DNA of 58,345 nt from a virus (IMGVR_UViG_3300038424_000171:1-58345), one strand, 5' to 3'; counted from the first letter of the stretch, positions 8,686 to 18,606 are shown. The notes: generated by a model not told the origin, from the sequence alone. Numbers and translations: made by a program.

Positions 8686-9259
8686 TTTCGGCACCATACC
8701 CGACCAGCAAGACTTCACGCCGCTGCCGCTCGGCAAATATCCGTGCCTCTTGCGGGTGACGAACATCGCCAAGGCGTCGGACGGGCAGGTGATGACGGAT
8801 GGCGATGGCAATCCCGCGTTGCTCAGGAGTAACGATGGCTCCGAGAAGTGGGATTTAAACGCCCTCATCCTTGGCGGTGCGCACGTCGGACGCGAGATTC
8901 GGGACAATCTTGTTTTCAGCGAGAAAGGAATCAAGAAGGTCAAGCCGATCTTCGTGCGCGCGGGGATTGTCGAGGGTAACGAAACCTATGACTGCCAGCC
9001 CAACGAATTGAACGAGACCTTTTGGTGGGTGGAAATCGACAAGCATGAGCAGGGGAAAAACAAGGACAACACCCTGAAGGTGACGAAGGACGGCAAGCCG
9101 AAGATGTACCACAAGGTCGCGTTCGCCGGGTACACGCTGATGCAGCCGGCGGAGGCGAAGAAGTACCGCGCGGAATACGATGCGTGGCTGGCGAAGAAGG
9201 GCGGCGGCGCGCGACCTGTGGTTGATGAGGGCGCGGGCGACGACGAAGTGCCGTTCTGA
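8672..9259 (+). CDS. Single-stranded DNA-binding protein (DUF669-like)
   Basis: FTPLPLGKY N-terminus, GREIRDNL, acidic DDEVPF tail. Confidence 0.75.
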   Translation: MPKVNFGTIPDQQDFTPLPLGKYPCLLRVTNIAKASDGQVMTDGDGNPALLRSNDGSEKWDLNALILGGAHVGREIRDNLVFSEKGIKKVKPIFVRAGIVEGNETYDCQPNELNETFWWVEIDKHEQGKNKDNTLKVTKDGKPKMYHKVAFAGYTLMQPAEAKKYRAEYDAWLAKKGGGARPVVDEGAGDDEVPF

Positions 9260-9336
9260 TCATGTGCTGGTCGCCTAATAATCCGTGGCATCGGCAAGCC
9301 GCGCGTGCGCTGATTCGCGCGTTTGGATGGGGTTGA

Positions 9337-10961
9337 TGAATTACGACCTCGCCAAAGTGCCGCAGTTCCCGCGAAACCTAATCGCCCGCGCTGAAACCGA
9401 GTTCGACGACTTTCAAGCGGCTATGGCGGCGGACCCGTATCAGCTTACGAAGGTCCACGGCATCGGGTTCCGCCTCGCCGACCGCGCCGCGATGACGTGG
9501 GGCATGAAGCCGAATGCCATTGAGCGCCAGCGTGCCGCGAGCTACTACGCCTTGCAGGAAGCGGAGCACGACGGCCACACGCGGATTGCGATTACCGAAC
9601 TCGGCAAGCGCGTTTGCGAACTCATGGAAGTCGGGATGGATAGCTGCGAACTGGACGAACGAATCGTCGAGGACGGCGGCTACGTTCAGCGGATGGCAAT
9701 GCAGAGCGCCGAGGTCGAGATTGCTGAGCGGCTGAAAACGCTCGCGGGGCCGCGACTCTGGCCTGGTGACTACAACCTTGAGGGTCTAGAGCAGGACCAA
9801 GAAGAAGCCATCGGGCGCATCGTCGGGCAGGGCTGCTTCTGTCTGCTTGGCTCGCCCGGCACCGGCAAGACATTCGCGGTCAGGGGCCTTGCGGAAGGAT
9901 TCAAAGGAAAGTACGCGCTGTGCGCTCCGACCGGCAAGGCGGCGAAGCGCATCGAGCAATCATCGGGATTGCCCGCGAAGACGATTCACCGGCTGCTCGG
10001 CGTGGTAGGGAGAGAAAATGGACGTTTCGTCTTTAAACACAACGATAAGAAACCGCTGGAAGTCGATCTGGTTATCTGCGACGAGGCGTCGATGGTCGAT
10101 ACCTGGCTGCTACGCGATCTACTGCGCGCGTTGCGAGAAGATGCTCGGCTACTTTTTGTCGGCGACCCGCACCAACTTCCAAGTGTCGGTCCGGGAAGCA
10201 TACTGCGCGACCTGCGAAAAAGTCACGTCCCTTACGTCGAACTCTCTACCCTCAAACGCCAAGATCCGAAGCTATTAATCGCCAAGAACTGCGCGCGAGT
10301 GCGCGACGGGCTAGACATCCTTGTAGAGAACGCGACGGCGCAGGATTTCTTTTTCGTGCCGGCGGCGACCGAGGCCGAAGCCGCGCAGTCCGTGGTGGAC
10401 CTGTTCTGCGAGCGGTTGCCGAAAAAATACGGACTCGATCCAGCCTCCGACATGGTGGTGTTGACGGCGCTCAAAACGCGCGGGCTGCTCGCCACGGAAA
10501 ACTTGAACACGATGATCCGCAAGCGGCTGAACCCGCAGCCGGGGCCGGAGTTCGCGCCCGGCGACCGCGTGATCCAGAAATCGAACAACTACGACCTTGG
10601 GCTGATGAACGGCGAGTGTGGGACCATCACGGCGACGAAGGGACGCGAGCTGACGCTCGAAACCGACGACGGCGAGATAATCAAGGACGACCGCAGCGAG
10701 TTCGACCTGATGTTCGCGTGGGCGCTAACGGTCCACAAGGCGCAGGGCAGCGAGTGGCCGTGGGTGATCGTGCCGGTCCACAGGTCGATGGGCGCGATGG
10801 TCCCGCGCAAACAATGGTTCTATACTGCAATTTCGCGCGGGAAGGCGGGCGTGGTGCTTGTCGGCTCGCGCGAGGACGTGCGGGCGACGATCTCGAGGAC
10901 GCAGGAAATCAATCGCTGCACAGGGTTGGCGGGGCTGCTCAATGGCAAAGCGAGCGCCTGA
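9337..10961 (+). CDS. recD2: RecD2-like SF1B helicase (start uncertain, 9285-9337)
   Basis: HhH GIGFRLAD; GSPGTGKT; APTGKAAKR; DEASM; VGDPHQLPSVG; ALTVHKAQGSE; YTAISR. Confidence 0.92.
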
Positions 10962-11409
10962 GTTCGTCGTCTTGCAGGACACGCGGGAGCAACACCCGCT
11001 CCGCTTCCCGCACTGCGAGGTCGAGGTCGCGACGCTGCCGACCGGCGACTACTCCGCCAAGGTGGGCGGGCGCTCGCTGCACGATGTTGTCGCGATCGAG
11101 CGCAAGTCGGTCGCGGACCTGCTCGGCTCTCTCGGCAACGGGCGCGAGCGGTTCGAGCGCGAGCTGGCGCGGCTGGCCGATTTGCGTTTCAAGGCGCTTG
11201 TGATAGAAGGCGACATGGCGGCTGTGACGGCGGGCACCCGCTACTCCACGCTCACCCCACGGCAGACAATCTCGCCGGTACTCGCATGGACTTTCAAATA
11301 CGGAGTCGCGCCGATTTTCGCGCCCAATCGGGCGTGGGCGGCGCGCGTGGTGTGGCTGATGCTGAGCCACGCCGTTCGTTATCACTTGGGGGATCTGGAT
11401 GCCAAATGA
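10942..11409 (+). CDS. ERCC4/XPF-family nuclease (resolvase candidate)
   Basis: DTREQ...LPTGDYS...IERKSVADL motif. Confidence 0.9.
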   Translation: MAKRAPEFVVLQDTREQHPLRFPHCEVEVATLPTGDYSAKVGGRSLHDVVAIERKSVADLLGSLGNGRERFERELARLADLRFKALVIEGDMAAVTAGTRYSTLTPRQTISPVLAWTFKYGVAPIFAPNRAWAARVVWLMLSHAVRYHLGDLDAK

Positions 11410-13852
11410 TTTCTTTGCGACAGTCAACGGCGCGGCGCTCTCAAAACTACCATCGCTACTTTCCGAGTGGTTCCCCGCCGGCCATCTAGCCGGTCGCGAG
11501 TTCGAGTGCGGCGACGTTAACGGCACGCCCGGTCGCTCATTCAAAGTAAATACGCAAACCGGCGCGTGGGCCGACTTCGCGGGCGTCGAGAAGGGCGGCG
11601 ACCCCGTGAGTCTCTACGCCGCGCGTCACGGGCTGAAGCAGGGCGAGGCGGCGTTGCGGCTCGGCCGCGAGCTCGGGCTGGAACCGCCGAAGCTGCGCGC
11701 GACGAAGCAAAGCTGGCAGGCGCTCACGCCCGTCCCGCCTGACGCGCCCGACCCGACCGCCAAGTTCCCGCGCTGGAACGATACCTGGGGGCGCCCTGTG
11801 GCTGCGTGGCTGTATTTGGACGCCGAGGGGCGGCGCGTCAACTACCGCGTGCGCTTCGAGACGTCCAACGGCGACAAGGACGTAATTCCGCTGTCATGGT
11901 GCCGAAACCGCGAGACGGGCGAAACGGCGTGGCGCTGGATGGACATTCCCGCGTCGCGCTCGCTGTACGGCATCGAGAAGCTGGCCGCGCGCCCCGACGC
12001 GCCCATTCTCATCGTGCAGGGCGAGAAAAAGGTCGATACCGCCGAGGCGCTGTTGCCGGGCTGGGTATCGCTATCGTATGCGGGCGGCGACAAGCGAGCT
12101 TCCAGCGAGTACACGGACTGGAAACCCTTACTTTCATTGACCGGCCCGGCGCGCGCGCAAACGAAAATAAGGATATGGCCTGATAACGACGACAGCGGCA
12201 AGCACGCGGCGCTCGCGATCGCCATGATGTTCCCCGCCAGCGCCGACGTGAAAATCGTCGCGCCCGATCCGACATGGCCCGCGACCTACGACATCGCCGA
12301 CCTCGCGGCCGATGGCTGGGACTGTGCACGCCTCGAGCGCTGGATTGAGGAACACTCCGTCTCGTCCGACGCGCCGCCAAATCTCGAACGCCCGCGCGTC
12401 CTCATCGGCACGCAAGACCACGGCGTTTTACAAGATTTGGCGTGGCAGGGGATCAAGGAATTGAACGCGCGGCCGGAAGGTCCGCGCTATTTTTTCGTCG
12501 AAAACGGACTGTCCGGCGAGCTTCGACTGGTTCAAAAGTTCGGGTCAGATAGTGCGCTTGTGGGGCTGGACGCTGCGGGGCTGCGCGCCTATCTGACCCG
12601 ACATCTTTACTTCTACGTCGTCAACCAGAAATGGGGCGAGCGCGGCGAGACCCCGCCGACCGAACTGCTCATGTCGCTGACCCGCGCGCCGTCGCACGAG
12701 CTTCCGCGGCTCCGGCGCTTCGTCCGCATCCCGATATTCGTGCCAGACGGTCGGCTCATCGCGACACCGGGCTTCGACGCGCGCTCGGGCATCTACTACG
12801 CGCCGTCACCAGGCCTTGAGAATCTGACCATCTCCGACGACCCGACGACCGATGACCTCGAAAACGCCAAAATCTACATCAACGACCTGCTCCACGACTT
12901 CCCGTTCGCCGCGCCGGCCGACCGTGCGCACGCCTGGGCGCTGATGCTGCTGCCGGTTGTGCGCGAGCTAATCGACGGCCCGACGCCGCTGCATCGCGTC
13001 GAGGCTCCTGACTTCGGCACTGGTAAGACGCTCCTGATGAATGTTCTGCTCAAGCCAGGCGTCACGAATCCGATTACCCTGCCGGAAACCGACGATGAGG
13101 AAGAGTGGCGCAAGGTGATGGTGTCGGCGCTCCGTGACGGCGCCGAGGCCATCCTGATCGACAACTGTAGAAACTTAAACTCTGGCGTGTTGGCGTCGAT
13201 TCTGACGGCGCGCGTTTGGGGGGCCCGCATCCTCGGCGCCAACGAAATCCCGCGCTATCCGGTCAACTGCATCTTCGCCTGCACCGTCAACAACCCTGAG
13301 TGGTCGCGCGAGATGAACCGCCGCATGGTGCGAATCCGGCTCGACGCCAAGGTTGAAGACCCGTTCAAGCGCCAAAATTTCAAACACGCCGAGTTGCTCA
13401 CATATGCCGAGCGCCGCCGCCCGGAGCTGCTCAGGGCGCTCCTGACGGTCGCCGCCTACGGTTTGCGCCATCCGGGGGCGCGCGGGCCGCTGAAGGGGTC
13501 TTTCGAGGCGTGGTCGCGGGTGATGGGCGGGATACTGTCGGGCGTCGGAATAGAGGGGTTTGGGGACGTTCACGACGACATGGACATCCAAGATATTCGG
13601 CAACAGGCGATGCGTGGGTTCGTTAAAAAATGGTGGGAAACTTATGGAACGCAAGAGATGACATCAGCGCAGCTTTATGAAATTGCCAGAGAAATGGAGA
13701 GTTTGGAGTTGCGCGGCGAGAAAGAAAAGGGGCTGAAAATTAGCTTCGGACGCCGCTTGAGGGAATATCGGGACCGAATTATTGATGGGAAAATGATTAT
13801 TTTCGGGGGCGTAAAAGACGGATACCCCCTTTTTCGGCTCCGGGAGATTTAA
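11399..13852 (+). CDS. Primase-helicase-type replication protein (Toprim plus P-loop)
   Basis: WADFAG..GGDPVSL N-domain; ILIVQGEKK, WPDNDDSG Toprim; GTGKT and ILIDN NTPase. Confidence 0.8.
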   Translation: MPNDFFATVNGAALSKLPSLLSEWFPAGHLAGREFECGDVNGTPGRSFKVNTQTGAWADFAGVEKGGDPVSLYAARHGLKQGEAALRLGRELGLEPPKLRATKQSWQALTPVPPDAPDPTAKFPRWNDTWGRPVAAWLYLDAEGRRVNYRVRFETSNGDKDVIPLSWCRNRETGETAWRWMDIPASRSLYGIEKLAARPDAPILIVQGEKKVDTAEALLPGWVSLSYAGGDKRASSEYTDWKPLLSLTGPARAQTKIRIWPDNDDSGKHAALAIAMMFPASADVKIVAPDPTWPATYDIADLAADGWDCARLERWIEEHSVSSDAPPNLERPRVLIGTQDHGVLQDLAWQGIKELNARPEGPRYFFVENGLSGELRLVQKFGSDSALVGLDAAGLRAYLTRHLYFYVVNQKWGERGETPPTELLMSLTRAPSHELPRLRRFVRIPIFVPDGRLIATPGFDARSGIYYAPSPGLENLTISDDPTTDDLENAKIYINDLLHDFPFAAPADRAHAWALMLLPVVRELIDGPTPLHRVEAPDFGTGKTLLMNVLLKPGVTNPITLPETDDEEEWRKVMVSALRDGAEAILIDNCRNLNSGVLASILTARVWGARILGANEIPRYPVNCIFACTVNNPEWSREMNRRMVRIRLDAKVEDPFKRQNFKHAELLTYAERRRPELLRALLTVAAYGLRHPGARGPLKGSFEAWSRVMGGILSGVGIEGFGDVHDDMDIQDIRQQAMRGFVKKWWETYGTQEMTSAQLYEIAREMESLELRGEKEKGLKISFGRRLREYRDRIIDGKMIIFGGVKDGYPLFRLREI

Positions 13853-13856
13853 TTTC

Positions 13857-13960
13857 AGTGAGAAAAGTGGCAAAAGTGGGAACTCGCCCTAAAGGGAATA
13901 TAGGTTTTTTAGGCTCACTCTTGTCTAGTTTTCTCACTTAATCTCACTTTTCTCACTTAT
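13857..13960. promoter_or_regulatory. AT-rich repeat region after the primase-helicase (candidate origin)
   Basis: TCTCACTT three times, with an inverted AGTGAGAAAA copy; AT-rich intergenic DNA. Confidence 0.45.
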
Positions 13961-13972
13961 AAGGGAAAAACG

Positions 13973-14446
13973 ATGAAATTCACCCATCCAACCCCTGTGG
14001 CAATGGATAACACGCTCGAAGCGCTCGGCTCGCTCGTCGGCAGCGGCCCCGAGTGCGTGACGCCGTCTCAGTACGCGGACTCGCGCGGCAGGGACGACCC
14101 GTATCGCGCGGAGCGGCAGCTGTGGCTGGCTGTGTTCGAGGACGCGCTCAAGGACGCCCGCAACCTCTGCTCCTGCCCCAAGCACACGCGCCTGCGGCTG
14201 AACGCCTTGGAATGGGTGGCGGACACGTCAGGCGTGATTCTCTCGTTCGACTGGTACTGTGACGCGCTCGGCTTCGACGCGGGGGCGTTTCGGGCGCGCC
14301 TGCTCAATCCAGCCCCATCCCTGCCGCGCGAGCCTGTCGGCGTGCCGGTGAGCGACTGGAACAGCTACATGAGGGCGTACCGCAAGGCGCGGCCGGAGGT
14401 CAGGGAGTACAACCGTCGATGGATGAGAAGGGCGAGGTCAGTGTGA
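13973..14446 (+). CDS. Hypothetical phage protein (possible regulator)
   Basis: AERQLWLAVFEDALKD...SFDWYCDALGFD motif seen in phage proteins. Confidence 0.6.
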   Translation: MKFTHPTPVAMDNTLEALGSLVGSGPECVTPSQYADSRGRDDPYRAERQLWLAVFEDALKDARNLCSCPKHTRLRLNALEWVADTSGVILSFDWYCDALGFDAGAFRARLLNPAPSLPREPVGVPVSDWNSYMRAYRKARPEVREYNRRWMRRARSV

Positions 14447-14781
14447 CAGTCGCCCAGCGCGTGAACGAAGTGATCGGCGAGTCCGCGATGCGCCGCCTAG
14501 TCGAGCGGTACGGCGGCACGCGGCTCTACATCCCAGTCGAGATTCCCGAGGATAGCGAGTTGGGCCGGTGCCTCGGTGACGCGTTGCCGAAAGTCCTGCC
14601 CAAGTTCGCCGGCGCGTGCCTGTACCTTCCCGCCCACAAGATGCGCGAGGACATCTTGCGGCTGGCGGCTCAGGGCGTGCCGTTGCTGGAGGTGGTGCGG
14701 CGGGTGGGCTGCACGGAGCGGTATGCGTACATGGTGATGGGGCGGAGTGAGCGGAATGGTCGCAAAACGCCAAGGACGTGA
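14443..14781 (+). CDS. Mor/C-like transcription activator
   Basis: LVERYGGTRLYIP and KFAGACLYLP repeats plus a C-terminal HTH (GCTERYAY). Confidence 0.7.
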   Translation: MTVAQRVNEVIGESAMRRLVERYGGTRLYIPVEIPEDSELGRCLGDALPKVLPKFAGACLYLPAHKMREDILRLAAQGVPLLEVVRRVGCTERYAYMVMGRSERNGRKTPRT

Positions 14782-14842
14782 TGGACAACTCTCGCTTAGT
14801 ATTTCTTGATTTGTGCTCCGGTCTTGGCGGTGCCAAATTACG
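14781..14842 (+). pseudogene. N-terminal fragment of a C5 DNA methyltransferase
   Basis: VFLDLCSGLGG resembles motif I, but no other motifs follow. Confidence 0.45.
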
Positions 14843-14865
14843 CGGAGGTATAACGTATAAAATTC

Positions 14866-15142
14866 GCGGAGCGCGAGGATTTGCTACTCACGTCAAGCAT
14901 TGCAAGGGGAAAAGGAAGATGAGCGACGATATAGAAACCGAAAGTGAATGCGGCCATCCGTGCGCGTCCGACGAAGCCTGCGATGAATGCGCCGGTTATT
15001 GGGAGCGTATGCGCGCCGAAGGACTTTGGAAAAATGGGCGCTGGACGGATAAAGATTGGCGCGACATTCTCTAGAGCGTTCACCCGTCTTATCACGACTA
15101 GCGGAGCGCGAGGAATCGCTACTCACGTCCAGCATTGCAAGG
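14866..15142 (+). repeat. 42-bp direct repeat pair (14866-14907, 15101-15142)
   Basis: 39/42 identical; each copy precedes a purine-rich RBS and ATGAGCGA. Confidence 0.9.
14919..15074 (+). CDS. Small Cys-rich hypothetical protein
   Basis: AAGGA RBS; lies between the 42-bp repeats. Confidence 0.6.
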   Translation: MSDDIETESECGHPCASDEACDECAGYWERMRAEGLWKNGRWTDKDWRDIL

Positions 15143-15149
15143 AGAAGAG

Positions 15150-15611
15150 ATGAGCGAGAGTTACGGTAAGGGCGTTCTTGGGCGATATAAGCGTCGCAAA
15201 CGGGATGCTGAGGACGCGAAGTGCGAACATTGCGGCTCGAAAGAAAAGCTGACCGTGGATCATATCGTGCCCAAAGGTCGGGGCGGACGATCCGGCAGTG
15301 TCCATAATTTTCAAGTGCTATGCGAACCGTGTAATACCAAGAAGGGCGACAAGCTCGACAAGGTAAAGGGAATCCCGCCAAAGGCTCTTCGAGAAGGTTT
15401 AAAAAAGCCGTTGCCTCCGCGATTGGGAAAATTATTTATCAACAAGGCGCATGGAGTTCCGCTGCGGGATTTAGAGCCGATGGAATTAGGATCGATTCTT
15501 CACCGGCTTTCCCTAATCGGAAAGCGTGGCAGAAATTTCACATCGGCGCTTTCGCGAGCTAAGGCGCTCGCTGAGGTTGCGGCTGAACTTCAACGGCGTA
15601 TTCGAGCCTAG
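15150..15611 (+). CDS. HNH endonuclease (McrA-like)
   Basis: CEHCG...LTVDHIVPKGRGG...NFQVLCEPCNTKKG. Confidence 0.9.
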   Translation: MSESYGKGVLGRYKRRKRDAEDAKCEHCGSKEKLTVDHIVPKGRGGRSGSVHNFQVLCEPCNTKKGDKLDKVKGIPPKALREGLKKPLPPRLGKLFINKAHGVPLRDLEPMELGSILHRLSLIGKRGRNFTSALSRAKALAEVAAELQRRIRA

Positions 15612-15705
15612 CGCAGCGCAGCGGCCGCCAGCAGGCCCGCGATGACGATGGCGCGGGCTAACCAGACCAGCGCGCCGGGCGGACGGGAGAGGCCGGGGTT
15701 GCGCT

Positions 15706-15909
15706 TCATGGCCATCGCAATCTCACGCTTCTGAGTTCCATCAGTTTATGACTACTTTCGCGCATTGTGTACCAGAGATGATAAAGGCACCAATGCCATC
15801 CCGCCCAGTCACAGAAATAGGCGCTACGCTTACAGCCAGTCCACCAACAGCGTCGATGATTTTCGCGAATCTCACCAGGACTTGCCTGGCACGCGCCGTT
15901 ATCGTTCAC
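15706..15909 (-). CDS. Hypothetical Cys/Trp-rich protein
   Basis: Start/stop overlaps with both neighbours. Confidence 0.5.
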   Translation of the reverse strand: MNDNGACQASPGEIRENHRRCWWTGCKRSAYFCDWAGWHWCLYHLWYTMRESSHKLMELRSVRLRWP

Positions 15910-16112
15910 AGCCGCACCGTCGCGATGACGATCGCTCGCGGGAGCGGCGTGGGACTCTGGCCGAGGTCGCGGCGCCGGTCCAGGTCGCGGGCGATGGATG
16001 CCTCGACGATGTTGACCTTGCGCGCGAGTCTGCGGAGCTGGCCGACTTCGTTGATGCGCCGGGCGTAGTCGGCGGCCTGCGGAGTGACGGTGATTTCAGC
16101 GATGCGTGCCAT
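15906..16112 (-). CDS. Hypothetical protein
   Basis: AAGGAGG RBS before ATG 16112. Confidence 0.6.
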   Translation of the reverse strand: MARIAEITVTPQAADYARRINEVGQLRRLARKVNIVEASIARDLDRRRDLGQSPTPLPRAIVIATVRL

Positions 16113-16318
16113 CGGAGCCTCCTTGTTTGGCGTCTCGGAAGAGAATCGTGAACTCCTCGTGCGGCTAGTGGCGAGCCATGAGCGCCCAAGCCGCCGCTGT
16201 GAGAGCCCAAGCCATGAGAACCAGCGAGTCGCGTTGGGGACGCAGCCCGTAGTACCACTCTGCGCCAATACAAGCAGCGTAAAATATGCCACAAAACGCA
16301 ACTATGTAATTTGGTATA

Positions 16319-16591
16319 TTACCCATGTTCATTGCCGCTCAGGTCGGTCAACTCGGCGAGTTTTAGAAGACGTTTGTAATCATAGTCGCTGGTGGTCGAT
16401 CTGCCGCTCGCTGCTATATCGTGCGGATGCGCGATGATCTGCTTGAGCATCACGCGGATCGCCCGCCAGTTACTCATGATCATGGGGAACAAGCTCAGCA
16501 GCTCGCGCGCGATCGCGTTGCGATCGACTTCGCGATTCTTGGCTTTTGCTTCAAGCTCGGTCAGACGACGATGTAAGCTCGATTGTTTCAT
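16319..16591 (-). CDS. Hypothetical protein
   Basis: ATGA overlap with the upstream gene. Confidence 0.6.
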   Translation of the reverse strand: MKQSSLHRRLTELEAKAKNREVDRNAIARELLSLFPMIMSNWRAIRVMLKQIIAHPHDIAASGRSTTSDYDYKRLLKLAELTDLSGNEHG

Positions 16592-17013
16592 ATTGGATTC
16601 TCCACGAGTAGCTTGTAGGTGGCGTCTAGTTGCGCACGTTTCCAGTCAGGGTGAACAGCGACCCGGAATTGTTCGCGATTTTCAGGCAACAACGCTTCGT
16701 CCAAAGTCGATGGCAATTTACTCTCCCTTAGGATACTAAAGTGAACGCCAGCGGGTGCTTCCCATTGGTCGAGTTTGTAGCCTGCCTTAAGTAGCGCCGT
16801 CTTGAGCATATCTGCGCCTTCGGGTGTGGTGAGGTCGGGGGGTGGGGTGTAGTGATTTACGCGAGTAGGGAAGAAGAGCTTCTTTGGGCGCTCATGCTTG
16901 GCGGCCTCGTGATGGCAGTTTAGGTCGAGGCACCACTGACCTATTTTCCACAGTCCCAGCTTCTCGGCCACGCGGCGGGATTTCTCGTCATTTGTCGGGT
17001 TCAGCAGGTTCAT
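16588..17013 (-). CDS. Hypothetical protein
   Basis: AAGGAG RBS; tightly coupled operon. Confidence 0.65.
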   Translation of the reverse strand: MNLLNPTNDEKSRRVAEKLGLWKIGQWCLDLNCHHEAAKHERPKKLFFPTRVNHYTPPPDLTTPEGADMLKTALLKAGYKLDQWEAPAGVHFSILRESKLPSTLDEALLPENREQFRVAVHPDWKRAQLDATYKLLVENPI

Positions 17014-17240
17014 TATAGGCTCCTTCTAGGATCGCCGACGAGCATTAGGACGCGCTTCACGCACGCATCACAGATAAACTTGTCAGGTTCAGCAACATCT
17101 TCGCCACCTTCGTACATCGCTGGGTTATCTGACAACATGACGCCAAGCCCTTGTATCTGAGGGTCTAGGTTATCTGGAATACGAACGCCGCACACACAGC
17201 AGTATACTTTAAGAACCTCATGGTCGTTGTCTGTGGTCAT
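17013..17240 (-). CDS. Hypothetical zinc-ribbon-like protein
   Basis: CCVC and CDAC motifs; coupled operon. Confidence 0.6.
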   Translation of the reverse strand: MTTDNDHEVLKVYCCVCGVRIPDNLDPQIQGLGVMLSDNPAMYEGGEDVAEPDKFICDACVKRVLMLVGDPRRSL

Positions 17241-17860
17241 CCGAAGATACCGCCGAACATCTGCTCAAAGTGTTTACGCTGCCATTTGACTTCTGCATCC
17301 TGCGCCGCATCCCGCGCCGCATCCCGCGCCGCTCCCCGCGCCGCTCCCCGCGCCGCAGCCCATGCCGCTCCCTGCGCCGCAGCCCATGCCGCTCCCTGCG
17401 CCGCAGCCCATGCCGCTCCCTGCGCCGCAGCTAATTCTTCTTGCGTTGCCTTCCCGTCGACGAATCGACGGGACACGTCGATTGCTTGATGTGGGCGTTT
17501 GTCGTCTGGATGTTCACGTTCGTAAATGGGCAGAACATGCTCCGCACAATCGCAGGCAAATAGCCGTAGTTCACGATTGTTATTCACGGCCTTGATCAGC
17601 TTCCGAGTGGCGCTGACAGCCTTACATTGATTGACGGTGTTATCGGTGAACAACGGCTGGCTGATTTCAACCAGGCACGCTATCGGACCGGATGCGTATT
17701 GCAGCGCATCCCAGAGCGACGGCGACGAATGGTATCCGTACTCGCAGAGCGCGATCTTGGAAGGGTCGGCAATCGTGCGAGTCTCGCCGATTTCCCAAGG
17801 CTTTTCGTTGCCGGAACCAGCGGTCATGTTGTCTCTAAGGAAATGGTACGCTCTGGTCAT
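17237..17860 (-). CDS. Imm5-like-domain protein with AAWAA repeats
   Basis: LRLFACDCAEHVLPIYEREHPDDKRPHQAI domain; 24-bp tandem repeats at about 17300-17430. Confidence 0.7.
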   Translation of the reverse strand: MTRAYHFLRDNMTAGSGNEKPWEIGETRTIADPSKIALCEYGYHSSPSLWDALQYASGPIACLVEISQPLFTDNTVNQCKAVSATRKLIKAVNNNRELRLFACDCAEHVLPIYEREHPDDKRPHQAIDVSRRFVDGKATQEELAAAQGAAWAAAQGAAWAAAQGAAWAAARGAARGAARDAARDAAQDAEVKWQRKHFEQMFGGIFG

Positions 17861-17895
17861 CGTCTAAACTCCTGATACTCGTAGTAAATCCACTG

Positions 17896-18042
17896 TCATT
17901 TCATCAGCTCCATTCTTAGCATTTCAGATACTTGGTCGAGCCAATGGATATTCTCGGCGGCGAAATGGCCCATCCAGATCGCCACGCCAAGCAGTAGGAG
18001 CAACGCGCTTAGGAACATGGCGGCGTCACAGAAGCGGATCAT
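17896..18042 (-). CDS. 48-aa membrane protein (not in the ORF track)
   Basis: ATGA overlap; MIRFCDAAMFLSALLLLLGVAIWMG...; the stop abuts the repeat. Confidence 0.55.
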   Translation of the reverse strand: MIRFCDAAMFLSALLLLLGVAIWMGHFAAENIHWLDQVSEMLRMELMK

Positions 18043-18335
18043 CGGGGATCCTTTGCCGGACATGTCCCATCAGCGCGTGGAACCGGCTCATAGGTTGCGG
18101 CAAATATATCAGGCTTGCAGAGATAGGGTTCGCCCTTCACGCCCTGAACGATCCAGTCACCGCCTTTGGCTTCTATCGTGCCGATCCAATTCTTAATCCA
18201 CAGCCCGCGCAGATAGCCTTCGGGAGAATACGCCTTACCGATCGTTGGCCAGCGTTTGATAATCACTTCGGCTGATCGATGTGAGCCATCGAACTGAATA
18301 GCCTCGACAACAAGGGGTTTCTGTCGGTACTTCAT
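18039..18335 (-). CDS. Conserved phage protein (PGDYG-like)
   Basis: MKYRQKPLVVEAIQFDG...GDWIVQGVKGEPYLCKPDIFAATYE. Confidence 0.8.
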   Translation of the reverse strand: MKYRQKPLVVEAIQFDGSHRSAEVIIKRWPTIGKAYSPEGYLRGLWIKNWIGTIEAKGGDWIVQGVKGEPYLCKPDIFAATYEPVPRADGTCPAKDPR

Positions 18336-18606
18336 CGTTCTATATCCTCATAGTAAATCCACTGCACAATTACGTTGGCTTTTTGGTTATCCCCATCATC
18401 GCGTCACCTCCTTTCGCGCGTGCCGTTTGCGCAGGGTCGCGTTGCGCAGCGTCGCGGCGATTTCGTTCAGCGTGTCGCGAATGTCCATCGCCACCTGAAG
18501 CATCGCGCGGCCGTGGAAGTTCGAATGAGTACTACAGGTGCATTCCCATGTCTTGTTTCGTAGCCGAGTTGGTGGAGGCATTGCTGTAACTCCTCGTATG
18601 GCGCGA

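Larger units (their letters stand above)
17882..18364. repeat. 14-bp direct repeat TAGTAAATCCACTG (17882-17895, 18351-18364)
   Basis: Exact copies flanking a two-gene unit, each upstream of a minus-strand RBS. Confidence 0.85.

Noticed and set aside
15637-15945. CGCGATGACGAT repeat (RAIVIA) flanking 15706-15909
   Set aside because: A 12-bp GC-rich match; compatible with the junction-duplication pattern but too weak to claim
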